Shown here one piece after another: positions 50,601-59,226 of a DNA stretch of 64,000 bases. The first letter of the stretch is position 1; every line of letters starts with the position of its first letter. The position numbers and the translations under genes are program-made. Source of the stretch: Lytechinus pictus. Its lineage: Eukaryota. The DNA lies in NCBI RefSeq assembly GCF_037042905.1, contig NC_087247.1, forward strand, positions 12,276,001 through 12,340,000. Reading direction: 5' to 3'. The notes under the pieces are model-generated. The model was not told where the DNA came from and made no database searches. It saw only the letters and a program-made list of their open reading frames with translations.

Positions 50601-53600
50601 ATTCTATATAGTCTGCATTGTCATTATTGCGCCACCAACTTAGAGGCTGAAGGCATTGCCTTGCATGCATTGTTGATATTGTCCTGATGCATCTCAGACA
50701 ACTTGCGCACATTCCTATATCCTTTGAGGGAGGGCGCTATGACATTATGATGTCATATGCATATGTCTACTTCATATATTTTCTCTTCAATATTTTTACT
50801 TTTCTATAACTCAGTGATCCATGCTGCTGAGACTACAGAATCCCTCGGCAACGTAAGCTGTATCAAACTGATAAACAACTACTACTTTGGCCAAAACCTG
50901 AGTGGAAATGGTGCCAAGGAATGTGTCAACTGCAGCAGGTCTGAATGAGATTTGTTTTCTTCTTGACATTTCTGAAAACAGTTACATTTGAGGGGAATAG
51001 ATTCCTGTGAACTTACCTCATTAAAAGCAGAGTGATGATTATTTATACTTCCTTTTTTTCTCTGACAAAATAAAGCTGCACAGCTGACTTATGTACATTG
51101 GGTTTATATTCTCACATTGGATTATAAACCTGTGTGGGCCACATTCTAATATCTTGTTAACTGTAGCCTTGTAATAATAATAATAATAATAATAATACTC
51201 AATATTTATAACGCGCTTTTCCCACATGGCCCAAAGCGCTCACAATTTCAGTTAACTTATTCATACAAACAAAAAATCAGAATGACATATTAAATGAAGC
51301 CAGTTGCCTAGAAGAAACAAGTTTTAAGGGACTTCTTAAATGACTCAATTGTTGGGGATTGTCTTATTGTGAGAGGGAGTTTGTTCCATTCCATCAAGGA
51401 TGCAACAGTGAATGTTCTATCTCTGGTCTGTGTACACTATATTTATATACTAGGCTCTTTAAGTATGCTCTCGTACTGATGAAAACTATTTGTTTATTAA
51501 CAATTATTCCCAGACAATGTAATAGAGAGAATGTGTTCTGTTAAAGTGAATGTCTTTCATCATAATCTTATTTGTATTTGCCTCTCATTGATCTATTGAA
51601 TAATTTTGCCGGAACACTACTAAAACAGCTGCTTAGAATCTAGACAACAGTACTCAAGGACTCTTCTGGCTTAAATTTATCTTTCATTGAAGACCAAAAT
51701 TTCCACAAATTGGATTTGAAAATATTTATTGATTTTCTTTTTTTTTCATCCAGGAGTTGGGCTGCTAGTCGAGTTGGTGGTACCAATCTAGTGATGCTTG
51801 TGACAGAGAGTGACCTTGATTGTGATACTTGCCCCTTGTCTGTGGTCAGACAATCGCCACAGGAGCTTGGTCCAGATATCCTTTTTAAGATAAATTTGAT
51901 TAAAAGAAAATATATACTCATTTAGTGGCAGTGAGTCATATTTTGGAGCAGTGAGTTCAGTTATATGGCTCTGTAAAAGAGCACAAGCTAAATAGATATC
52001 ACCTTTTAGGCTTCCTTGACTCTTTCTTTTGAATTGTTCATAAGTATAAAATCATTTTCACCATCACATGATCAGGATCCCCGTTTCAGAGGGATTCAGC
52101 ACCATGTATCCCATTGCTGCCACCATTAAAACCCTAGAGGGATCGAGCACCATGTATCCCACCGCTGCCACCATTAAAACCCTGGCTATGGCTCTGATTA
52201 TACTAGAGGGATCCAGCACCCTGTATCCAACCGCTGCCACCATTAAAACCTTGGCTATGGCCCTGATTATACTAGAGGGATCCAGCACCATGTATCCCAC
52301 TGCTGCCACCTTTAAAATCCTGGCTATGGCCCTGATTATACTAGAGGGATCCAACAACATGTATCCCACTGCTGCCACCATTAAAACCCTGGCTATGGCG
52401 GCTCTCATTATACCAGAGGGATCCAGCACCATGTATCCCTTTGCTGCCACCATTAAAATCTTGGCTATGGCTCTGATTATACTAGAGGGATCCAGCACCA
52501 TGTATCCCACCGCTTCCACCATTAAAACTATGGCTATGGCTCTGATTATACTAGAGGGATCGAGCACCATTATCCCACTTCTGCCACCATTAAAACCCTG
52601 GCTATGGCTCTGATTATATACTAGAGGGATCCAGCACCCTGTATCCCACCGCTGCCACCATTAAAACCCTGGCTATGGCCCTGATTATACTAGAGGGATC
52701 CAGCACCATGTATCCCACTGCTGCCATCTTTAAAATCCTGGCTATGGCCCTGATTATACAAGACGGATCCAACAACATGTATCCCACCGCTGCCACCATT
52801 AAAACCCTGGCTATGGCTCTGATTATATTATAGGGATCCAGCACCATGTATCCCATTGCTGCCCCCATTAATACAGGGATGCTATTTATCAGACTAATGT
52901 CTGAATTCAGACATTATTTTCAACCTATTTTCAGCCATAGAAAACACGTTTTTGTGTTACGAAACGGCTTGTTCCAAATGTTTTCCAGACTTTTTAAGCC
53001 ATTCTTAGTGGCATCGCCGTCTATAATGATAAAATGTCACTCCCCAATTACAATTATCCACAGTTTTAACTATACTATTCAATGCCATGATACTCCATAC
53101 AGATCTGACCGAAGAAGGGGTGATGAAAACAACACACGTGCCTAACACTGCTTGAGAATGGGAACCAAACCATAGTGCCCTCATCACATTTATTCCAAAT
53201 CTAGCAGAATATGCCGGAATGAAATGGCTATTGCCCACCACCATCCGGTCAAATCAACCCCCCCCCCCCCCCGCTATTCATCTTTCTCCCAAGCATTCAA
53301 TTCATGTTTGGTTCAAATGTTACTGAGATATGTTGTAAGAAATACTTAGTACACTGTTCAGTGTTCATTCCACTTTAAATGCACCTCAAAATTTATAAAC
53401 ATTCAGGATGACCACAAGAATTCGCCCCAGTGCAGTGAAAATTTCTAGAATGCCTAATGAATATTCACAAATGAAGCACAAACTGACTCCTTTGCAGCTC
53501 ATTCTGCCACTAGTCTGACTAACTAGTGTGCGATGAGTTGCCTGGTCAATTTACCTGATTTGAACTCCATTTTGGTGAACTGAAATTACCATCAATTTCC

Positions 53601-55112
53601 CTAATTTTTTTAAATTCCAGTTCATTCTGCTTGATCTCCTGCCGATCCAAGCAAGTGTGATGGGGCCTTGATCATAACATTTTTATGTATTTAGGTTTTT
53701 TTTTTTTTCAAAGTTGTATCCTTAACGGTTCATTAATTCACAAGATGCCCCTAGCCCTTGTGATGAGACGCCAAGATACAGAAGGAGACCTAGTGAAAAT
53801 TGTTACGCATTTAGTGAAGCTGTAAGTTCAATTATTTAATTCATGTATTTATTTATATGTTAGTGTTGGTTGGCGGAGAGTTTGTATCAGTAGACAGTTA
53901 ACTTGTGTTATTTACCTTAATCCTTAGTCTTAGTGTAATGTGAGGGTTGAGTACTGAGCATTGTCATCAATCTTACCTGTTGCCTAGGTTACTCATTCCA
54001 ATGTTCCGAAATTCGGCTTCCTTATGAAGTCTCACCTGAATCTGCTGAGGCAGCGGGTTGGAGTTGGAAATATTGCGCTGATTATGGTGTCTTTATAACA
54101 AAACAAAAAAATTTGGCTGTATTAATTTGCCCATGAATATTATAAAGAAAAGAAACATTTGAAAAAGAGTACCGGAGGGATGATGCCATGATGGTCATTT
54201 GTAATATAATATGAATGTTTCCAACTTCCAAACAAGATATCCATGTGCAAGGCATACATTGTATGATAATAAAAGTCAGGATTTGAATTGCTACTCTCAA
54301 CGACACCAGGGCCTTTTAGAAATATTTTGGCTTGACATTTTGAATCTCTATGTATCAAGACTTCAAGGTATAGGCAAATGGTTAACTGAAGGTCCCTGTA
54401 GTTCTTAACCCTTTGCCCGCCATGGACAGAATCGTGCACTCCTGCGCCACATTAATTTCAAGGTGCAACATTGAGAGGGGCTTTGCATGGACTATACTAA
54501 TTCAGCTCACAATAGCTTTTGATTGGTTTATTGTACAGAAAAGCTTTGTGTGTACACAGTACAATGCAATACACTCATCACTAATGTACGTACATATGTA
54601 TGAACAAAAGACTCAATGCACTCAATGTGTATTGTGAGCAGAGTGTGACTTGAGTCGAACTAGGCAGTCTGTTGTATGTGACTCTAGTCGAATGAAGCAG
54701 GCAAAGAGTTAAGTTACCATCTTTGCTACTACCATTCCTATATGTCCCATGGCTCAGCAGCCAAGCAAAATCAAAGTTTAATGGTATTTACTAAAATTAC
54801 AAAGTTCCCATAATATCAAGAGTTATGCATCTTGGACATCATTCAGTACAAAGGCTTATACCTGAAATATAGTTATGGTTGTAATAATAATATAAAACAT
54901 GTAATAAAAATGTACACGAAAGTCATCGTTTTAATCTGAAAAAGTCATTATAATAATATTACCATCTCTTATTATTTATTTTGTTCTCCCCTCTTTTGCC
55001 TTTCCAGGAAAATACAACCATTTGCAGAGGTGTGGTATCACTAGCATCGCCATGGTTACTTCTAATTTTACACATATTCTACCTTGGAATTGTAAGGTTT
55101 ATTAGTGCGTAA
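5551..55112 (+). CDS. CACNA2D: Voltage-dependent calcium channel subunit alpha-2/delta (5'-partial gene, 33 coding exons in window, ~862 aa)
   Basis: Hand-spliced exons keep frame throughout and give family hallmarks: [92 protein letters not shown] and a hydrophobic C-terminus. Paralog not assignable. Confidence 0.96.
5695..5857. mobile_element. Short palindromic MITE
   Basis: aatacctcacatatgctctacggcggccgtac ... gtatggccgccatagaacaaatgtgactgaggtatt. Confidence 0.65.
6383..6482 (+). CDS. CACNA2D: CACNA2D exon: [33 protein letters not shown]
   Basis: aatag|...|gtaagt; completes DSSGS (MIDAS DxSxS). Confidence 0.95.
6830..7230. mobile_element. Harbinger-like MITE interrupted by a hAT-like MITE
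   Basis: ctg-gggctgtttcataaag ... cttcatgaagtgggttt-cag. Confidence 0.6.
6950..7192. mobile_element. hAT-like MITE with 8-bp TSD TTTACCAT
   Basis: TIR catggtcgta...tatggccata; TSD at 6942-6949 and 7193-7200; body resembles 1670-1895. Confidence 0.8.
7327..7395 (+). CDS. CACNA2D: CACNA2D exon: [23 protein letters not shown]
   Basis: ttccag|...|gtaaga; matches family VSCF..VQAN.RNKK. Confidence 0.95.
7843..7935 (+). CDS. CACNA2D: CACNA2D exon: [31 protein letters not shown]
   Basis: cacag|...|gtgagt; phase 0-0. Confidence 0.93.
8522..8659 (+). CDS. CACNA2D: CACNA2D exon: [46 protein letters not shown]
   Basis: tttacag|...|gtaggg; TDG motif. Confidence 0.93.
8660..9080 (+). repeat. Polypurine (G/A-rich) low-complexity tract
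   Basis: Many GGG/GGA runs directly after the exon donor. Confidence 0.9.
9465..9546 (+). CDS. CACNA2D: CACNA2D exon: [27 protein letters not shown](G)
   Basis: tttgtag|...|gtaatt. Confidence 0.94.
9632..9778. mobile_element. Harbinger-like MITE
   Basis: gggtcccatttcataaagacttgtta ... taacaagttttatgaaacgatccc; related to 58143-58298. Confidence 0.7.
10297..10346 (+). CDS. CACNA2D: CACNA2D exon: (G)[16 protein letters not shown]
   Basis: ttccag|...|gtacgc; phase 1-0. Confidence 0.92.
10877..10960 (+). CDS. CACNA2D: CACNA2D exon: [28 protein letters not shown]
   Basis: atatag|...|gtaagt. Confidence 0.95.
11062..11228. other. Assembly gap (167 N)
   Basis: Run of n. Confidence 1.
11770..11826 (+). 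CDS. CACNA2D: CACNA2D exon: [19 protein letters not shown]
   Basis: tttgtag|...|gtaagt. Confidence 0.93.
11993..12136. mobile_element. Small MITE with ~22-bp TIR
   Basis: ttgtgttggtgcaagaatgccc ... gggcgttcttgcaccgacacaa. Confidence 0.7.
13612..13638 (+). CDS. CACNA2D: CACNA2D 27-nt microexon: DPGSNETRK
   Basis: Pyrimidine tract then caaag|...aag|gtagta; phase 0-0; NETR resembles the vertebrate alpha2delta-3 segment before LLGVVGTD (from memory). Confidence 0.7.
14494..14628. mobile_element. Harbinger-like MITE (ccgtaacacaaag subfamily)
   Basis: TIRs shared with 63136-63255 and a half copy ending ~46768. Confidence 0.7.
14700..15335. repeat. Degenerate ~165-bp tandem repeat containing a 65-bp TIR mini-element (14832-14896)
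   Basis: Recurring ccagata.cctc...tcctgtatttattc...gggattt..tttggta; TIR atgggtggcggagcagagga / tcctctgctccgccgcccat. Confidence 0.6.
15868..16464. mobile_element. hAT-like MITE (TSD GTG[T/C]ACTT) with nested MITE 16097-16441
   Basis: cactggcgta ... tacactactg; 8-bp TSD at 15860-15867 and 16465-16472; inner TIR ggccattcttggtca / tgaccgagaatggcc. Confidence 0.75.
17288..17362 (+). CDS. CACNA2D: CACNA2D exon: [25 protein letters not shown]
   Basis: accag|agtcagcag...aag|gtattt; exact acceptor ambiguous (tandem in-frame CAGs). Confidence 0.92.
18076..19036 (+). mobile_element. Non-autonomous Helentron-type element (HINE/DINE-1-like) with internal tandem repeats
   Basis: Sub-terminal IR gtctcacctgcat (18081-18093) / atgcaggtgagac (19002-19014); GGC microsatellite; about five 160-190-bp units; T-run at left end and cttgtt at right end. 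Confidence 0.8.
19337..19476. mobile_element. Harbinger-like MITE
   Basis: gggccccgttgcataaa ... tttatgcaacggggccc. Confidence 0.8.
21137..21686. repeat. 139-bp tandem repeat, ~4 copies
   Basis: agctagaagtttg recurs at ~21137, 21272, 21411, 21550. Confidence 0.92.
22581..22768. mobile_element. Harbinger-like MITE (tttcataaagctgttcgtaa subfamily)
   Basis: Long TIRs, CAG/CTG flanks; same family as 32518 and 62930. Confidence 0.8.
22908..23109. mobile_element. MITE with TIR aggggaatccaacc
   Basis: 14-bp perfect TIR, TTAA-like flanks. Confidence 0.6.
23985..24113 (+). mobile_element. SINE 3' fragment with (TTA)n tail
   Basis: gcgccttgagcacc...gtggatatgtgcgcaatataaataccc(tat)n. Confidence 0.6.
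24855..24929 (+). CDS. CACNA2D: CACNA2D exon: [25 protein letters not shown]
   Basis: tttttag|...|gtaaga. Confidence 0.95.
25215..25455. mobile_element. CACTG-terminated palindromic MITE
   Basis: cactgcgaaaactccggtgttgatttaacaccag ... ctggtgttaaatcaacaccggagtttttgcagtg. Confidence 0.85.
29223..30712. repeat. Long diverged inverted repeat (~360-bp arms) around a CpG-rich spacer
   Basis: 29223-29586 is the reverse complement of 30362-30712, e.g. atcaaaattttaaatgactggaacaatcacac / gtgtgattgttccagtcatttaaaattttgat. Confidence 0.85.
32518..32853. mobile_element. Two abutting Harbinger-like MITEs
   Basis: gtgggtgtttcataaagctg...cagctttatgaaacactcac, then gggaggcgtttca...tgaaactgcccc. Confidence 0.7.
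38106..38177 (+). CDS. CACNA2D: CACNA2D exon: [24 protein letters not shown]
   Basis: tgtgtag|...|gtgagt; VDFLEVE matches family LDFLDAE/VDLSEVE. Confidence 0.9.
38733..38804 (+). CDS. CACNA2D: CACNA2D exon: [24 protein letters not shown]
   Basis: ttctcag|...|gtaaga. Confidence 0.93.
39292..39353 (+). CDS. CACNA2D: CACNA2D exon: [20 protein letters not shown](S)
   Basis: tcacag|...|gtaaga. Confidence 0.92.
39938..40008 (+). CDS. CACNA2D: CACNA2D exon: [23 protein letters not shown]
   Basis: tttacag|...|gtaagt; phase 2-1. Confidence 0.9.
40528..40573 (+). CDS. CACNA2D: CACNA2D exon: (E)[14 protein letters not shown](W)
   Basis: ttttcag|...|gtaagt; phase 1-2. Confidence 0.9.
41533..41764. 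mobile_element. TACACT-terminated palindromic MITE
   Basis: tacactaaa...aaatccattac...tgaatagtgaccagtc / gactggtcactgttca...gtaatggattt...tagagtgta. Confidence 0.7.
41944..42077 (+). CDS. CACNA2D: CACNA2D exon: [44 protein letters not shown](C)
   Basis: ctgcag|...|gtaagt; phase 2-1. Confidence 0.9.
42166..42432. mobile_element. MITE with ~35-bp TIR
   Basis: ccctgtcttacaaagagttacaattgatccgatcaa / ttgatcggatcaatcacaactctctgttagacaggg. Confidence 0.75.
42548..42641 (+). CDS. CACNA2D: CACNA2D exon: [30 protein letters not shown](D)
   Basis: catcag|...|gtaagt. Confidence 0.93.
43481..43543 (+). CDS. CACNA2D: CACNA2D exon: [20 protein letters not shown]
   Basis: ccacag|...|gtaagt. Confidence 0.94.
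43581..43725 (+). mobile_element. tRNA-derived SINE (head and core)
   Basis: A box tggcgtagtgg, B box ggttcaaatcc, core aacccaggtgagg. Confidence 0.7.
43988..44106 (+). CDS. CACNA2D: CACNA2D exon: [39 protein letters not shown]
   Basis: atgcag|...|gtatga; YY.RSL...YVFS.P motif. Confidence 0.93.
44227..44497 (+). mobile_element. tRNA-derived SINE with (TTA)n tail, B-box region deleted
   Basis: tggtctagtgg head; tgctgcactcaac..gtgagg..aatgggtac core. Confidence 0.75.
44620..44709 (+). CDS. CACNA2D: CACNA2D exon: [29 protein letters not shown]
   Basis: ttaccag|...|gtaaga. Confidence 0.92.
45193..45251 (+). CDS. CACNA2D: CACNA2D exon: (V)[19 protein letters not shown]
   Basis: tttcag|...|gtaaag. 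Confidence 0.9.
45438..45748. mobile_element. MITE with ~30-bp TIR
   Basis: ggcccgtattctgaagtcgggtttaactta / taagttaaacctgacttcagaatacgggcc. Confidence 0.85.
45820..46156 (+). mobile_element. Degenerate SINE
   Basis: tggtgtaatgg head, ctctccacccaggtg core, tgtaagcgctgagac...ttatta tail. Confidence 0.55.
46201..46242 (+). CDS. CACNA2D: CACNA2D exon: [14 protein letters not shown]
   Basis: ttttcag|...|gtgagt; phase 0-0. Confidence 0.88.
46264..46555. mobile_element. Long-TIR MITE with a 9-bp TSD-like flank (Mutator-like)
   Basis: ~80-bp TIRs; tggtgaagg (46255-46263) / ttgtgaagg (46556-46564). Confidence 0.75.
47240..47311 (+). CDS. CACNA2D: CACNA2D exon: [24 protein letters not shown]
   Basis: aattag|...|gtaagt. 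Confidence 0.95.
47938..48008 (+). CDS. CACNA2D: CACNA2D exon: [23 protein letters not shown](R)
   Basis: ggcag|...|gtatgt. Confidence 0.95.
48338..48742. repeat. Tandem triplication of ~135 bp that includes the intron pyrimidine tract
   Basis: aaaatatgactt...ggtacttt..aaggacatcttaca..cattttaaaatttctcttcattatga, 3 copies. Confidence 0.9.
48751..48829 (+). CDS. CACNA2D: CACNA2D exon: [26 protein letters not shown]
   Basis: tttcag|...|gtatgt. Confidence 0.94.
49393..49550 (+). mobile_element. tRNA-derived SINE
   Basis: tggtctagtgg, gggttcaactcc, tgtgctgcactcaacccagg. Confidence 0.75.
50000..50052 (+). CDS. CACNA2D: CACNA2D exon: [17 protein letters not shown](W)
   Basis: tcacag|...|gtaagt. 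Confidence 0.92.
50370..50428 (+). CDS. CACNA2D: CACNA2D exon: [19 protein letters not shown]
   Basis: taatag|...|gtaagt. Confidence 0.9.
50815..50938 (+). CDS. CACNA2D: CACNA2D exon: (M)[40 protein letters not shown](R), alpha2/delta junction region
   Basis: actcag|...|gtctga; SCI...YYF...C.NCSR is the delta start. Confidence 0.92.
51754..51875 (+). CDS. CACNA2D: CACNA2D exon: [40 protein letters not shown], ending at a U12 AT donor
   Basis: atccag|...ccag|ATATCCTTTT. Confidence 0.92.
51876..53741 (+). other. U12-type (minor spliceosome) AT-AC intron
   Basis: 5' site ATATCCTTT at 51876; branch point TCCTTAAC at 53719-53726; terminal AC at 53740-53741; splicing restores frame. Confidence 0.92.
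52087..52872. repeat. 69-bp minisatellite, ~11 copies, inside the U12 intron
   Basis: Unit ctagagggatccagcaccatgtatcccactgctgccaccattaaaaccctggctatggctctgattata. Confidence 0.95.
53742..53821 (+). CDS. CACNA2D: CACNA2D exon: (E)[26 protein letters not shown], after a U12 AC acceptor
   Basis: TCCTTAAC-15 nt-ending in AC|...|gtaagt; frame consistent. Confidence 0.92.
55008..55112 (+). CDS. CACNA2D: CACNA2D last coding exon: [37 protein letters not shown]-signal-like tail
   Basis: tttccag|; C-x-G then a hydrophobic stretch and TAA. Confidence 0.93.
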   Translation, partial: ENTTICRGVVSLASPWLLLILHIFYLGIVRFISA

Positions 55113-55899
55113 TGGTGGTCAACGATTCCTGTTTTCTAATTTCTAGGTATTATTTCATGATGATATTATATAAGAATATTACTTCATGTTTTTATTGAAT
55201 TATTATATGTTGTTTCTTTTCATTAGGTATCGTTTATGTAATGTTTAAATGTGGACACTGAAAGTATGTTTATACTAAATTATCTTTGTGATGTGCTGAT
55301 ATTATTTTACCTGTCAAACAGCACTGATTTTACTTATCATGGCATTATAAGCAATTGTAATTGACAAATTTAATCAACTCTTGCTAATAAGATATCCATC
55401 TGTAATTGTAAAAAAGTGCTTTTAGACTACATAAAAGTAATCATGGTTCAAAGAAAATTACTCAAATCATTTGACACTGTATCATACACTTGATGAAATG
55501 TACTTTAGTTTCGTGAAAATCATGGAATTTTGAGTATTTTTCATGGATTAAGGTATGAAATATAGATGGCTATATAAATAGCAATCATGAATTCAAATTC
55601 ATTTATTCAAATCATTTCTGCCACTCGAACTATCCCATCATGAAGGATTTAATTTATGTAGTATGATATACATGTTCAAATTTTATCTTATGGACTATGA
55701 ATTTTATAAAATGTCAAATTGGTGAAAAATTATGTTTTGAATCTTGAACTATGGGTACACTCAAGTGAATTATATGTAAGAACTGTTTGAATATTGTATA
55801 TAATTTTTTATACTTGATGATGTAATATATCAAGTGTCTATTATTAGATTATAGTTATTTGTATGCAATGCCCAACAACTTATTTGTCTATTTTTTTCA

Positions 55900-56100
55900 T
55901 TCTCTCTCTCTCTCTCTTTCCTTTTCTCACTTTTTTCACCTTTTCTCTCTCCCTCTCTTCCTCCCTCTCCCTCTCCATTTCTATCTCTCTTTCTTTTAGT
56001 CTCTCTCTCCTATATCTCCTTTTCCTTCTCTCTATCGATCAATGAATCCTATCTTTCCTGCTACACCACACCACATTCCTTCTCTCTTTCTGTCTCTCTC
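55900..56100. repeat. CT-rich simple sequence in the putative 3' UTR
   Basis: (ct)n-rich polypyrimidine tract. Confidence 0.8.
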
Positions 56101-58072
56101 ACCTTTGCCAGGAATCGGCTTTGTGAATTAACAGCATTAATTATAGCGAGTTACACTCTTTATAGGTTTTGTGCATATAAAACTGCCTTTGTTAGTGCCT
56201 AAGTATGTTTTGCTTAATTTTTGTATGTATTACTGTGTTTGTAAATTGTTAGCTTTTAGTATATTAAATTCACAACCTTCAAAATTTGTAACAGTAATGT
56301 TGTGGTACATTCCTATGAATTATTTATTGTTATTAAAGGCTATTTGTTCATTTGAATAGCCTTATATTACATGTATATTTAAAATTCAAATACAGAAACT
56401 ATCGCTCATCTCTTATGAAAAATCTATCAAATTTAATGTTCTTATTTTGTGCAGTATTATCCCATATTGTTTCTGTTGCAGAATAAGATATATGTCTATG
56501 AATTGTACATTTCATTATATCAGATTTACATGTCAGTTGTGAATTTATCATTTCTATTATCATTATAATCATATTGACTCTCCAAAGTTTCTAAGCCAAG
56601 GATGGGCTTAACATAAGACTTGTCACTTTAAAAATATGCAAGATTGGTAGAGTATGTTAACCTAATAGAACATTGACGAAACATATATTCATATTTACTC
56701 TTAATACTATTAATCCTATTGTAATCGCCCTTACAAATATCTGAGATGATAAACTCGATATGGTAGCTTACGCATAAGTTCTAATATGAATATTCCAACT
56801 GTTGAACTAAGATAAAATTTCTTGTTAAATCACTATATAAATATATTTGTATTCTAGTACATGTATAATTTGTATATTCCTATCCAAGAGCTGAATTCCG
56901 TGAAGATAGTGAATGGTCTAATTTAGTTATATGTATTTTTTTTTTACATACCTCAATCAATTTCCTGAGCCAGTCTTTCAAAGAGTTGCAATGGATTGAA
57001 TATCAAACCCAACTGAGATTTATTTTGTAGTTGTACAAAGTACTTAAAGTCTTAAACAATAGGAGTTGATATTTGAATTGATTTTAAAGCATCATTATTG
57101 TAATCATGTTACTTTAAGAGGAATTTGATGCACTTCAGAATAAAAAAGGGTTTTTAGATAACAAACATTATATAATATATTCCACAAATGTATTCATATG
57201 TCAAAGTTATTGTATTACTCTCCTTACCCCCTTCCAAAAAAAATGAATAAATAAAAATGTCCAAGGCTGAAGTAAAATATACAGATATTTCCAGTTCTTC
57301 TCAGATTTGGGGTCAGGAAATTGTGACGTTATATCTATGGAAACTGAAGTCACAACTCTTTAATTTGAAGTCAGATATTCTAAATATAATTTTCTTCCAA
57401 AATGACTTTGAATATATCACACCCAGCTTTCTCATCACTTTTTTTTATTTCCCCCATCACTCATTCATGCACCAGTAAACTTAATGAATGTGTAGAAGCA
57501 CTTAGAAAGACAATATTTGGCAGACAAAAACCCAACTTACATTTATTTAATCAGAGTAAACTTTATCACTATTTCACATAGTCCAAGAAATTATTCAATA
57601 TGATATTTTATAAAAGTTGTTAATAATGCACCATCTATATGAACAGGCTGTTCTCAGTAGAGCAATCTTTTTATCTGTTTATTCTTATGTAAATGTGCAA
57701 TACAAGATTAATGTTGGCAAGAATACATGTAAATAGATATATATTATTGATCTTAATTAGGTCATGGCATTATTCATAGAGTGTTAGGGAAGTAGCTTGA
57801 GAAGAAAGATATATTGGGATTGTTATCTGCAATCATATTATGCTCTGATGCAAGATTTGCTGAGATTGTTCATTTTTGTTACATTTATGTTACATGTTCA
57901 TGTATACATTGTAACATTCTACTGGTATATGATAATCGCACTCTCATAAATATTTTATATTTTGTGAATTGTTGATAATGCTAATACACTGATGAATGGG
58001 CTAAGAGGATCTGTGCAGATTATGATCAACTTTGTCATGCTCTAAAGATTTTACACACTATATACCACTATG

Positions 58073-58503
58073 CACTGCAAAAAGATTGGTGTTAAAACAA
58101 CACCAGTATGTGTGTTTTTGGACTGTGTCAAGCCTTTTACACCAGGGGCCTATTCCATAAAGATTTGTTATAATATCAAATAGAATATCAGATTCTATCA
58201 GAAGTTTATGATCGGCCAATCAAATTGAATTATTTCAGCAGCTTTGTACCATTATTCCAAATTTGTTAACTGTAACAAGTTTTATGAAACGGGGCCCCTA
58301 TGTCAAATTCATCACCCTTTAAGTTGTTATGTTATATTTACACTGATTGAATATAACACTAAGTAATAGTGTAAATATAACACATTCAATGACATCAATG
58401 GGTGTTGAACCAACAGCGTAAATCTAACATTGGTTTAAAATACTTGATGCGATCCTCTCACAACACTTAATGGTGTAGATTTTAGCACTTTATTTTTAGT
58501 GTA
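58073..58503. mobile_element. CACTG-type MITE with nested Harbinger-like MITE (58143-58298)
   Basis: cactgcaaaa..ggtgtt..aacacc motifs ... ttttagtgta; inner ggggcctattccataaa / tttatgaaacggggcccc. Confidence 0.65.
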
Positions 58504-59226
58504 ATACATGACACCTGGATATGATTCCACATGAACATTTTGCTCCAGCACATCTTGTGGAGAAGAGCTCCCTGAAGTGCAAATCTCCTTGCAGAAAACC
58601 TTACCAAGAGGACAACTCCTTTTCAGTTAGCCCCCCCCCCCCCCCCGTCAAAAGTCTGTACTGTATTTTTCGCAGGAATTCCGAAAAAAGACGCCATGTG
58701 TCTTTCGCAGTAGCTTTTCTGCATTCCCTATTGTCATGTCCATGGTGGAATGTAAATAAAAAAAATTATCAATGAATGGCTGCTTGCATGTTCCAAGCAG
58801 GAAAGACGTCGTCCGACCTTTGACAAGGTCCCTTCCGGGGGGGGGGGGGCTTGTCCTTTGGAAATTTCTTTTTAGAAGTAGTTTAAAAAACGGAGCTGGC
58901 AGATTGTGAAAATTCTTTAAAGTACTAGCACTCCCCTTTGTTCATAACCAATACATGTACCTTCAAACACTTATGAAGTACGTATGCGTCATACTTGCTC
59001 ATAAATGCACATGTAAATGCATATTCATTTTTCGCCAGATTAACGTGTATTCTGTAAAGTGCTTTGATACCTCACTACATTTAATTTTCTTATAATCATT
59101 GCCTTCCGTTATAAATTCTGCAGTGAAATATCTTTTAGTTTCCATTTACTGCTCTTGAAAAAGAGTATCTGCTTGAAATGTCAAAGCCAGAATAATGTAT
59201 GACATGTAAGTCTACTTACATACATG

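Noticed and set aside
52064-52868. 168-181 aa repeat ORFs on both strands
   Set aside because: Unit length is a multiple of 3, the array has frameshifts and there are no gene signals; treated as a minisatellite.
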